NCBI GenBank assembly: GCA_040143965.1
Contig: JASJQH010006925.1
Coordinates: 1-38,131, forward strand
Source of the DNA: Basidiobolus ranarum
Taxonomy: Eukaryota
DNA length: 38,131 bases
Reading direction: 5' to 3'
The translations under genes were made by a program, and so were the position numbers. How positions within the stretch are numbered: position 1 is the stretch's first letter; each line of letters opens with the position of its first letter. The notes below the pieces were generated by a model that worked only from the letters and a program-made list of their open reading frames with translations, was not told the DNA's origin and made no database searches. Below are positions 23,867 to 34,643 of the stretch, in pieces.

Positions 23867-24345
23867 CTTCTCTTACATTATCAATAGAAAGTGAAGCTTT
23901 GTAAAATATGCCCTTGGTCTTACTAACTTCTAATCCTTTTACGATGGATTTGAGTCACAAGCCTTAGTTTGGAATAAATGAGCCTTCATACACACGTTAG
24001 AAATAAGCCCATTTACTTTCATACACATCTACAATATTTCACAACCCCTTCCAAACGCCAGTAAATAAATCGAATATTCTAAACCTTGAGTGTTGCTTCT
24101 GTTTCAACCAGTTCTAATTCTAATCCCTCACAAGGTTAATGCGAGTTTCTAAAAATAATGAAATCATCCTAGGCGTAGAATGTCCCGATGTGGTAGTATC
24201 TCAAGTTAAGATTTAGAAAGCTCGAAAGGTTCATTTATGCACTCCAATTTCACTTATTTATATGTTTACTATAGTAGAAGAGGATCACTTTCTTTACAAA
24301 AGTACTCCTAACGTCTCTAACAAGCTATCTCGTGATTTAAGTCCA

Positions 24346-25130
24346 ACAAAAGGAAATATTCTATATGAAAATATTAAATTATTTTGAGCTAGAAGACCGA
24401 AAGAAAGCGTCAAACAGTCTCAACTCTGTAATGAAAACCATTCCTCAGATTTATCTTACCCTAGTTGAGAAGGATCCTTCCGAGAAAGAGAGAACCGACC
24501 TTTATAGTAAGCAATTCTATTGGGAGAAACCACATATTATCCTTCCAAGTCGATAGGATGAAAGAACTTTTTGAAACTGAGTTTTTCAGTCCCTGAGAAT
24601 GGTCAACAAGTGAACGAATGGTTCGAGAAGAAAACACACGATCGTTTGGTACGACCCTTTGAAGATGATAAGGCCTTTTCTCAAAGTAATATCATATTAC
24701 TTAATTCCGTAAGAAGCAGAAACCATTATGACAAGATAAATTTGGTGCTAGTATAATTCTTCCAAGAGAGGTTTACTTTTCAAGAAGCAGAAACCATTAT
24801 GACACCTGAAGATTGGTATTTCATATTTTTAGAATGTACCATAAAAAAGGAAGGAAACGTTTTTCTCCCAAGATTCGGGCTGGAGTAAAGTTTAAAGTTA
24901 AGTGAAAGACTTCAACAGTTTGGTATTCAAAAATAATTCGACAGAAAACAATCTGACTTGACTGAAATCTCCTCACTACCCATAGTAGTGAAGGAAGTAA
25001 ATCATAAATGAAGGAAACAGATGACTTGATTTGCTTATTCTGCTGATTTAAAATGGAAATGAATCTTGCGAGTGCATTTACTGCTGTCATCATGCTAGCT
25101 ATATTTCATGGCAATTTCATCACCTTTTAA
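24346..25130 (+). pseudogene. Degenerate serpin (serine protease inhibitor) pseudogene, apparently intronless
   Basis: Serpin blocks in the correct order across frameshifts: TKGNILYE/ILNYFEL, FIVSNSIG, MKELFETEF, QQVNEWFEKKTHDRL...NIILLNSV, FGASIILPRE, FQEAETIMTPEDW, EGNVFLPRFGLE*SLKLSERLQQFGIQK*FDRKQSDLTEISSLPIVVKEVNHK, and weakly AIFHGNF. In-frame TAA at 24886 and 24934; internal deletion. Confidence 0.82.
24711..24804. repeat. 23-bp direct repeat inside the serpin remnant
   Basis: AAGAAGCAGAAACCATTATGACA at 24711-24733 and 24782-24804. Confidence 0.95.
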
Positions 25131-25275
25131 TTTTGAATGCATTAGCATTTTATTTTTGAATTCACAGATCGTAGCTATGTTCAAGATCCACATTGAAATA
25201 AAGCTCATATCATTAATGTTAGGTAAGATTGTTTATTGTATAATGAATGGGAATGCAACAATTGAATAAAAAGAG

Positions 25276-25728
25276 TTAATGTTCGCAGTGAGTCTTGTAA
25301 GCATCTTCGTCCATCAAACCATCTAATTCAGCAACATCAGCAAGCTTGATCTTGCAAAGCCAGCCTTCGTCTTCGGGAGAGGTGTTAATCAAACCAGGGT
25401 TAGAATCTAAAGCGCCATTGGACTCTACAATCTCACCAGCAAGAGGGGAGTAAATGTCAGAGGCAGCTTTGACTGATTCGACGGCACCAATTTGGGCATT
25501 GGCTTCGACAACAGCTCCAGTTTCGGGAATATCTACGAAGACAACATCACCTAAGGCCTTTTGAGCGTAGTCGGTGACACCAACGGTACCAACACCATCA
25601 GTAACTGAGACCCATTCATGGTCTTCGGTATATTTCTTGATGGTAGAGTAGTAAGCAGCTCTGTGGAGAGGGGAGGCTCTAACAGAGAAGTTACGGAAAA
25701 GAGAGAAGGAGAAGGTACGAAGAGACAT
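25276..25728 (-). CDS. GCV3: Glycine cleavage system H protein, mitochondrial, 150 aa
   Basis: Intronless ORF; Arg/Ser-rich presequence; KYTEDHEW, GVTDYAQKALGDVVFV, lipoyl-lysine motif VESVKAASDIYSP. Confidence 0.97.
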   Translation of the reverse strand: MSLRTFSFSLFRNFSVRASPLHRAAYYSTIKKYTEDHEWVSVTDGVGTVGVTDYAQKALGDVVFVDIPETGAVVEANAQIGAVESVKAASDIYSPLAGEIVESNGALDSNPGLINTSPEDEGWLCKIKLADVAELDGLMDEDAYKTHCEH

Positions 25729-26094
25729 TTTTCAAAATGGTGAGGAAATTCATGAGGACAGAGTCTAGTTTAATAGTGGTTGACGTATCACCCCCAATTT
25801 GGACCCAACCAAACATTGACCAATGCAAAAGTGGGCTCCATAGATAATATTCAAATCATTCCTTATACTGTCACGGTGATACCAGCAGATGAGATACTGA
25901 TTGGACTGATTATCTTGGAACTGCTTAATTGATCGATTCTTAATTGAATTTTGGCGATTATCTTATATTTGTAACCGATCTCGAGTTTGAGTTCATGGGA
26001 AAGCGTATATAAAAGCGTACATAAAACCATATAAAACGGGATTTTATTAGGCTAATTGCTATGAAGTATATGTACATCTAGGTGGATTTACAGT

Positions 26095-27848
26095 TCAGGT
26101 CTCCGTAGTGGTGATGATCTTTTTGGCCATAAATTTGTCCCCCATTTCCCAAGCACAATAGGCCCTTCCTACAGCGAAAAAGGTGTGCAACTTAGGATGG
26201 GATTTGGATATTTCTTCAGTTTCTTCTGGATTCATCATCTTTAGTAGCACTTGCGCATTACAGATGTAGCTAGCGGCTTTAGTGAGTTCATTTTCAGTCA
26301 TGCAGAGGCTAGGCGGTAGAGAGTTAGTTTAATGTATAAGGAACTATAGTGTTCGTCACACATACCGATTGGTCAGGGTGTTGCTAGTATCCTTGAGTAA
26401 TTTCTAATGATATGTGAGATTCAAGGCCATGCCAATTAATATAAAATGTTAACGATACCTTGACGGCATAGCGGTAGAGCAATCCCTCAGCACATCTCAC
26501 CCAAAACAGAGGGCTCCTGGGGTAGACTTTGGAATGAGCAATCTTTTGAAAACACTCATTAATCTGGCTCGGTTCATTACACATCAAGCTAGCCAGAGTG
26601 AAGTTCATCAATACTTGAAGGTATGTGGCATGTGAAAACTCTAAATCATTTTGGAGTTCTAGATAAAGCTATGAGAGTGAGTTGACCATACGATTCAAAA
26701 CAAAAATACAAACCATTTAATTCTTCTTCGCTGGTTTTGAGCGCATCTTCAATCTCGATAAGAACCGCCGAAAATAGACCTCGTGCTAGTTTGACTTCCC
26801 CTTGACAAAATGCGATACAACCAAGGTTGTTCTGCCTACATAGTTGGAACTTCTTCGCTTTCACTGGAGATCTAATGCGACCATGAATAATCCGACAAGT
26901 TTCCAAAAGATCCATTGCTCTCGTCATATCTCCCTTTGCATATTCTATTCTAGTAGCCAAATAGGCTGCAGTCAGATATCGCTCCAACTGATGATCGTTG
27001 TAATCGCTACTTTTATGATCTTCATCAAAACTTCGAGGTAACAACCTGTTTAACTGAACTCCGGCCGAATCGTACTTTCCTTCCTGTATGGAAATAAAAG
27101 CTCGAGTCAATGCGATTCTATATTTCGTGTTATCCAAGTCAAGTTTAGCTTTTCTATGGTTTGTACTAGAACTCCGAAGAGGTGTTATGGCGGACAAAAT
27201 TTCCTCGACTTGCTTCTGTACACCATCAGAAGAGGCTATTTCATCAGTTTTCCCAGTAAGTTTTGCCAACCACAAATCCTCCACTCTGTTGTTCGAGTCT
27301 TCTTGATTGGGTACTTCCTCAGATAAAATATGTTCACTTTCCACTAACATACTTTCTATCTTGTTTACTATACTCTCAGCTCTTTCTCCTTGGGAAATGT
27401 TCAAGTAAGCGTCCACCAACAACCATAAAATCTTCTGTCTAATATCCGAATTTAACCAATGACCATCTCCAGTATGACTAAGTATCAATTGGAGCAACTC
27501 AATGCACTCACTAAAACGACGCTGTTGAAAGCATAATATAGCTATGTTGTATTTCGTTACGACCAGATCAAGGATTCTTTTCTTTTTAGAGTTATAGAGA
27601 CCTCTCCCCGAAGGTATATCTGGGGGGAAATCGGTGACTAGAGTTTGTAATGAAGAGGCGACTTCAGCGATGGTAGTTGAAGAGCCTTTTAATAAATAAT
27701 TTATCAACTGTAAATTATGTAGTACTTTTACATCTTTATGTTGACGTAACCCTGATAATTCACGTAGGCATTTTTGTGAAGATAAATAGTCTCCTGCTTG
27801 ATAATATGCGGTGGCTGCTCGGGAAAGTGCAGTTTCTAAACTGGCCAT
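26095..27848 (-). CDS. CNOT10: CCR4-NOT complex subunit 10-like TPR protein, about 528 aa
   Basis: Exons 27848-26714, 26658-26459, 26403-26366, 26308-26095 (1587 nt). CNOT10-like blocks: AYYQAGDY...DVKVLHN, YNIAILCFQQRRF, NNLGCIAF, ECF..IA...VYPRSPLFWVRCAE. Confidence 0.75.
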
Positions 27849-28116
27849 ATGAAGGTGGTAACGTAGTGAATGATAAAGTGAAAGACAAATGACATAATTC
27901 CAACGTTTCAATAATAATCATAGATTTCAACTTACTGGTGAATTGAATCATTAATGAAATATGGTAATTGGGGGGGGGGAGGACATCGAAGGAATACCCC
28001 CAAATGAAGTGATTAGAAGTCTTAATGACTAATCAAAAATCTTCTATCTTCAACACTTATCCTTGGAAACGGGATTTACTTTTGTGTACATATTATATAC
28101 TACAGAGGTTTTATCA

Positions 28117-28988
28117 ATGGCAATCATAAATCGTCTTTGGAATTTACGTATACCGCGTCAAGCTCAATACAAAAATATCTATCAGCCTCTTTTTTCGCGG
28201 TCTCTTTCTCAGAGTGTCTCTCTTCGTACGCCTGATTCAAACACCGTTCCAAAAGCTAAACATGGTACGAGTTCACCTCTTACCCCTACACCCATCAATT
28301 ACTTTAGAACTTAGCTTTTGGCCCAGTTTAAATGTACCAGCCCACTAACAAAACCACCTGCTAATAGATACCAGTTCAACGGCACAGGAGCTACGCTTAG
28401 CACTTCGTAATTTTGCATCTTCAGGTGCATAGACTATCCATATTTATTAGAAGAAGTTCCAACTTCACCTAGAACTTACTAACCCATAGATTTACCTCTT
28501 ACTTCACTCTAGTTGTGGTCATTACGACCACACATCCTACTCGACCCCAAGAGAAAGTAGGTATTACCTTAAGTTCGTTTACCTCGGTCTCGTTAAAGCC
28601 ACCGATTATCTCATTTTGTGTTAAACCACCCTCAAGATTCTCGAAAACTCTACATGAATCCAATAGATTTGTAGTCAACATATTAGGAACCAAACAAATT
28701 CCTTGTAGTCGAGCATTCTCCACACCCAATCTTCCACAAGATCCATTTGAGGAGATTTCTCACTCTCTCTGTCCTTATGGTAATCCAGTGTTGGATGGAA
28801 ACCTTGTAACACTACATTGCATCACTGAGCGTGTACTGGATGTTGGGGATCATGAAGTTTGGATGGGTGAAGTGATTCAAGTAGAAAACAATCATACAAC
28901 GAACGATTCCCCTTTAATTTATCATGATCGAAATTATGCCACCGTTAACGATGTCTTGACTTTAAGTCCAACCGAAGAAATCGACTAA
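28117..28988 (+). CDS. Flavin reductase-like FMN-binding split-barrel protein with putative mitochondrial presequence, 226 aa
   Basis: Exons 28117-28264, 28368-28424, 28513-28988. LRLALRNFASSVVVITT, GITLSSFTSVSLKPPIISF, FVVNIL, VGDHEVWMGEV, PLIYHDRNY. Confidence 0.9.
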
Positions 28989-29117
28989 TCGAACACCCAT
29001 GTCGATACTGATCTGATACTAATCTCATACATCCACTCATCCACGCCCACAACATAAACATTAACATGCGAATAAAATTGATCTTCATTTTACTAGAGTA
29101 CATTGGTTGTTCCAAAT

Positions 29118-30400
29118 CTAACTATACATCCAATCCAGAACATTTGCCGTTCCTGTGTATATGTAGTAGGTTCCTTCCAATACGGTCCAACTTACACATG
29201 CTTCGCTTAGGAATCCATTCATTCCCAAGTAAAGCCCCTTCCAGCCTCGTTCGCGTAAGATAGAGAGAGCACAGTGGAACAGGCCAGAGTATTTGGTAGT
29301 GGATAAATTGGCATCTTGTGCAATCAAAGAATAAACGATAGTTTCCATTGGATATGTGATCAGTCTAGCTAACAGATGGCTACCAACTACGCACACCAAC
29401 TCTGGGAAGAAACTATGTAACATGGTTTCTCGTTTGTTGGATTTCTTAGTGGAAAGGAGCATTCGACAGAATCTTAAATGACATACTGCCTGAATATAAT
29501 CAAATATATAATGATGAATGTAGGCACTGATTAACGTAGTCCAGGGTATTCTTCCAACTTCTGGGTGAAATAAAGTGAGCCAAAAATCCACTGTCAACTT
29601 TTTGATACTGGAGAGTTCACTCTTTTTCGTGACCAATCTTGAATCATAGCCACCAAGACGTAACAACACCGAAGTACGGTAAAAAGGATATAACGGAATG
29701 TACAACAGAAAGTGCATACTAATTAAGATGTAAATTAAATGTGAGTCTCTTCAATACAGTGTATATATGTGAATATTCACCCTGCTATTCCAAGATCCCA
29801 GACTCGACGAGGGATAGTTGATTTACTCTTGAGTTGGTTCCCCTTGACACTCACTACATTGCATCCTGCTTCATATATAACAAAGGCACTTTGGCAGAGT
29901 AAGCCAGCACCATACCCAATCCACAAGGACTTGAGTCCCTCTTTACGTATCAGATCCTTTAAAATGTTCAAGTTATGGAAGGGATGTTGTTTCGCTAAAG
30001 AGGGATATCTGGTTGGGAACACCTAAAGGAAAAGAATTTTAGTAAGAAAATAAATGATATGACTTTGATGGGTAAATTCAATACTACCTGATGTCGATTT
30101 CGGATAGATATAAAGGGATATGATAGAAAAGAACTGGATACGAGAGAAGTTACTGCTGAAGTAAGTCCAAGAATATTTTCATATTGTTCTGGAATTCGTT
30201 GAGATGGTTAGATACTATGATAAAAAAGGATTCAATGGGTGAAATAATATACCTTTATTCTCGTTGGGAGTATTATAAAACCCTATTGAGGCAAGTATCT
30301 CGTTTTCGACATGTTGAACATCTGCTTCGGGTGTGCAGTTATCAGTAGGTAGAATGGGACGTGAACCAAAACCCAGTTCCCAGATAGCAGTCAATGTCAT
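29118..30400 (-). CDS. Divergent mitochondrial carrier-family protein, SLC25A46/Ugo1-like, 363 aa
   Basis: Exons 30400-30253, 30188-30088, 30022-29781, 29718-29118 (1092 nt). Carrier motifs SYPFISIRNRHQV, KEGLKSLWIG, YPMETIVYSL..Q, YSGLFHCALSILRERGWKGLYLG. Confidence 0.75.
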
Positions 30401-30556
30401 AAGTAAACTCTTGGAAAAAGGGAATAGCAATAAAGACTGTATAGGGAGGCTTATGTAAGTTACGCTTCAGTTTGGATAGTAATTTATATCAAATCTATAT
30501 CAAATCATTGGTATTCAATATCTAATACTAAATGCTATATTTATTGGTGATTATTC

Positions 30557-31275
30557 TTAGTATTCTATGAAACTCAAAATATTCTTGATCCTTTGTTTCA
30601 CTACCTCATTATCACATCTAACAGAAGTAGAAATATATGGTGGATCCACATGTGCACTATCCATGATATGGACAGTCAAATCCTCTGGTGTCGAAGTCGT
30701 AGGGACTCGACTCTAGAAACATCTATAATGTTAACTTCAGTTTAGAGAACAATAGAATAAGTAACTGTACCTCTTTAAGGTGTTCAATCAGTATAGATTT
30801 TCTTCTCTCCATCTCCAAACTATGCGATTCATACTTCTCCCCTTCTTCCAAGATCAAAGAAGACAATAAGTCAAGAGATACCTTTGGTTTATCTTCAAAG
30901 ACTATTGGGGGGAAGCAATATATTAATATTTCGATAAACTTATGTTCTTCCTTCAACGCGCTTACTTTGGAACTTTGAAACTGCATGGTCCAAGATTATC
31001 AACACCTTCACTTTGGTGGATTCCTTTACTTCTTCAGGTTGCTATTATTCAGTAGTTAGTTTTTCTAGATACTTTTCATTACTTCTTTTGGAAGTTATTC
31101 TTACGAGAGTGTTTACCTGTTGTATCAAACATAAACTATGTGTACTTGGGTCAAAATTGAAAAAAATCCCCTCAATATCGATACCTTCCTTTAGAGAGAC
31201 ATGAACTTGTGAACCAATATTCGCTAGTAAACATGAATAGCTGTAAGTTAACCAAAGTGGCTTAGTCAAAGACAT
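30557..31275 (-). CDS. GEMIN6: Gemin6-like Sm-fold protein (SMN complex), 173 aa
   Basis: Exons 31275-31117, 31041-30966, 30901-30771, 30712-30557 (522 nt). Sm-like VHVSLKEG..IEGIFFNFDPSTHSLCL and ILDHAV; C-terminal ERRKSILIEHL..RVP...VDPPY....CDNEVV..RIKNIL. Confidence 0.75.
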
Positions 31276-31679
31276 AGCGTTAAAGGGAGAAGAATAAATT
31301 TCCCACTAGACAAGGGAGCAATGATATAGATTCGATGATTTAAGAAAAAAAAAAGATTCCAAGAAACAGACACCATCAATAACCGCTAAAAGATAACAAT
31401 CGTCAAGATATCACACATCCACCAACTACTCATAATGGAACATCCTATCACCTGCTAACTATCCTATCGTGTAAGGTAAAATTGGTCAGAAAAGAAACAA
31501 AAGAAGTCTTTATTTTGTGCTGTACTCTATTGATAGTAGGGAAGAAAAAGTTTACAATTTCAATTCAATGCTTTATCCTTGAATCAAAATAACACGAAGG
31601 AATAAACCAATTGTTTCATATGGATAGAGTGAGAAAATTTCACTCGGTGCTTCTTGAAAGTAAATGACAAACAGTCAGT

Positions 31680-31933
31680 TTATAACTCAAAATCAGCTTG
31701 TTGAGTCAAAAGGAGACCGAAACGCTTCTTAAGGGTGACACGGTGACGAGAGAACTTGTCATCGGGAGAGAAACGGGCTAAATGGAGATGAATCAATACC
31801 ACTTTCAAATAATAGTGAGCAAAAGAAAGTAATTACCAGGATGGGCAGACTTGGTAACTCCACCGGTAGGAGTGGTCTTCTTAAGAGTGTAGACGCGCTT
31901 GCCGTCGTTACCGAGATAGTACATCAAATGCAT
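31680..31933 (-). CDS. NOP10: H/ACA snoRNP subunit Nop10, 64 aa
   Basis: Exons 31933-31837 and 31777-31680: [19 protein letters not shown]...[33 protein letters not shown]. Missing from the ORF track because it is split by an intron. Confidence 0.97.
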
Positions 31934-32251
31934 CTTTAAGGAGTATACTAGTGAAAAGGAAAAATCAAACTAAAGGAAGCAACAAGAGACTTGTGTTAAA
32001 TGAATCAATAAAATGATAAGAATTTTTTTTATGAAAATTATGGACGTCTCTGAGAAAAAAAAGAATGAATTTTTTTCGATCGCTTCTTGCTAGCGAAATG
32101 GTTTTTTTTCGCGATAAATAGGAATTTAAGAAATGTTATGAAATAATGTTTAGCGGGATCATTGCTTGATTGGATGTTTATATTTGAAAATTTCAAGTGA
32201 ACGCCAGCTAACAAATGATTTGGTGTAAGGGATAGGATCAGGGATAGGAAT

Positions 32252-33637
32252 CTATCGAGAGGTATTACAGAGTGTGGCGTCGATCTGTTCAAGGTTTGGT
32301 AGTGCCATTTTGACCTTCAGTCTGTAGGTGGCTGAGTTCTCTCTATGCATAGGATTTCCCTCAAGATACACGGTGGTTAACGTGGTGGTATTCTTGAAGC
32401 AGCTTTCCAGGTCTTCAAAAGATGAGATTTGGTTGTAACTAGCCTGTGATATGGACAATGGCTAAGTATGAGCATTCTGAATGCATGTATACTGAAATGA
32501 GAAACGTTACCCAGAATTCCTCAAGTTCTGTCAAATGTGAGAGATTCTCAAGCTTGCTAACCCGATTGTTAGACACATCCAAGACCCTGAGTTTCCTCTA
32601 GAAAGAGAGGGTTAGTGAGGAGGCGAAGAGCTGACATATAAATAGGCATATATCTACATTGTTCTCTAGACCCTCGATCTTTTCCACACCGTTGTGACTA
32701 AGATAGAGCTCTTCCAAGTTTTCGAGTTGTTCCAAACCTTCGATTTTAGTCAAACGATTACTTTGGATACTGAGAATTTTCAAGTTTCTCAATGCGCCTA
32801 AATTCTGAAGTTGGGAGAGGAGGAGGTGATCAGTGGTTAGTTGAGGTGTTCATTTTTGTTAGGATGATTAGACATATACCTGAAACTGAGTAATCTTGTT
32901 TTTACCCAACCAAAGCTGTTCCAAGTTAACCAAGTAGTCTAAATTTTCTATAGTCTAGCTATGGGGTTAAAGGGTGAATGAAAGACGATACATTGGGAAA
33001 ATATTTGAATACCCGAATACGATTAGCACCTAGTTCCAAATTCGTAACGTTCACAAGGGTATCTAGTCCTTGAATCTTGGCTATTTTGTTGCTCACAAAG
33101 TAAAGGTTTACAAGCTTGGTGAGTTTCTCCAAATTCTTAATGTGTTTAATTCCATTAAAAGATAGGTCGAGGTTTCTAAATAGCAAGGTTTCCAAGACTG
33201 TTAGTTTCATCAATACGGTACCTGTCATTTCTATCCGGTATACTTACACTAGGTTTACCAGTGTTTCAAGATTTTCGATGCGTGAAAGACGATTATCATA
33301 AAGATCCAATTCTTCCAACTGTTCTAGCTCATCCAAACCTTCAATCACCTCAATCAAGTTTTGACGAAAACAAAGTGACTTATAATGGGAATGTAACATG
33401 TGAGTGGCGGTCATTTATTATTTTGCCAAAGCAACAAACCTTGAGATTCTGGAATCTAGCTAAGCCTAAACTTGGAATGTCAGTGATTCTTGAGTGTGTG
33501 AGTTCCAAGTTCTGTTCCAATAAATCTATAAGTTTTCTATTGTAATATGTAGTTGCTTTCTTATATCACGGTGAAGTTACCTCAACATCTGAAGGAACGT
33601 CTTCCAAAAAAGAACCCTCATTCTTTGTCTCTTCCAT
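32252..33637 (-). CDS. SDS22: Protein phosphatase 1 regulatory subunit Sds22/PPP1R7 (LRR), 307 aa
   Basis: Exons 33637-33581, 33511-33440, 33378-33248, 33175-33013, 32954-32880, 32804-32658, 32597-32511, 32443-32252 (924 nt). SDS22-type LRRs (LDLSFNGIKHIKNL, LELGANRIR, LWLGKNKI, LSIQSNRL) and LRR cap TVYLEGNP...YRLKV..ALP.L.QIDAT. Confidence 0.94.
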
Positions 33638-33889
33638 GCTGACGAAGTATTTAGGTATAGGAATGAAGGATGATTAAACGATTTTCAGTTCAAACTATGT
33701 AATTTGTTAATGATTGAGGACCCAAAATTCCGAGTTCCTGGACCAATTTCGATTGCATAAATTAGTTAACAAGTGATTCAAACTGGCCAATTCAAAATAA
33801 AAACAAAGTTGGTTAGTTGAGTAATAACAAGTGTTGAATGAACCTCTGACTACACTTATTTGTTACTTTTTGTCAACACTAAAATTATA

Positions 33890-34484
33890 ATGGATATTCA
33901 TATCTCTGCAGACTCTCTAACTACCACAGAGACCAGTAATAATATTCATTTGTTGCCTTGTAAAATTGAATATGATGGAGCTGCCAAAGTAGATGCTTTC
34001 TTTCTCACCCAACCCGAATCTGAATCTGGTATTTAAATATCTTAGACTTGGTATACGCCACACTAGTTTAATCAGTAGTTTAGTTAGTACTTCCAGTTTT
34101 CGTGGTCGCGCATTGAAATCCAAGACAGTATCTCTTCCGGAGGGCTATAAAGGTCCTTTTTATTTCTTTAAACGGTGTGTAGACATTATAACCAACATTT
34201 TACGTACAATAGGATATGTCTTTAGAGAGTCCAAGAATTATGAGGAAGACAACCGGGTCTGGTGTGCAACAGGGAAATTTGATGAATTTCAAGTTTGGAA
34301 TCATGATGCTGAACCCACTACATCCAACGATAACTTTGTCAAAGCTTTAGACTGGCTTAGGGTATCAGAGCTTGTAAGCATCAACGTGATATACTTTTTA
34401 TCGAATTTAAGATTAATGCTCACTCACATGCCACTTTACTGTTCCTAGATTCACACACCAATTCCGCTTTCCAATGGTCTCTAA
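33890..34484 (+). CDS. RNASEH2C: Ribonuclease H2 subunit C, 134 aa
   Basis: Exons 33890-34028, 34084-34152, 34213-34373, 34449-34484 (405 nt). IHLLPCKIEYDGAAKVDAFF, SFRGRAL....V.LPEGYKGYV, F..WNHD..P, ALDW..VSELIH. Confidence 0.92.
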
Positions 34485-34643
34485 TGAGCAGTTATATATG
34501 TTTATAGTGTATGATTTAGATGATTTACCTTTAATAAATCCAATCATTTGAATGGTCAATTTATTTGATCAACGCGTGTTTAATAAAGCTACAGGGTTCG
34601 GTTCTTAAATGGATACATTTACATGCTGTAAAGAGACTCGAGA

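Noticed and set aside
27970-28001. G10 run followed by a short C run in the CNOT10/flavin reductase divergent promoter
   Set aside because: A single homopolymer is not enough to claim a G-quadruplex or regulatory element.
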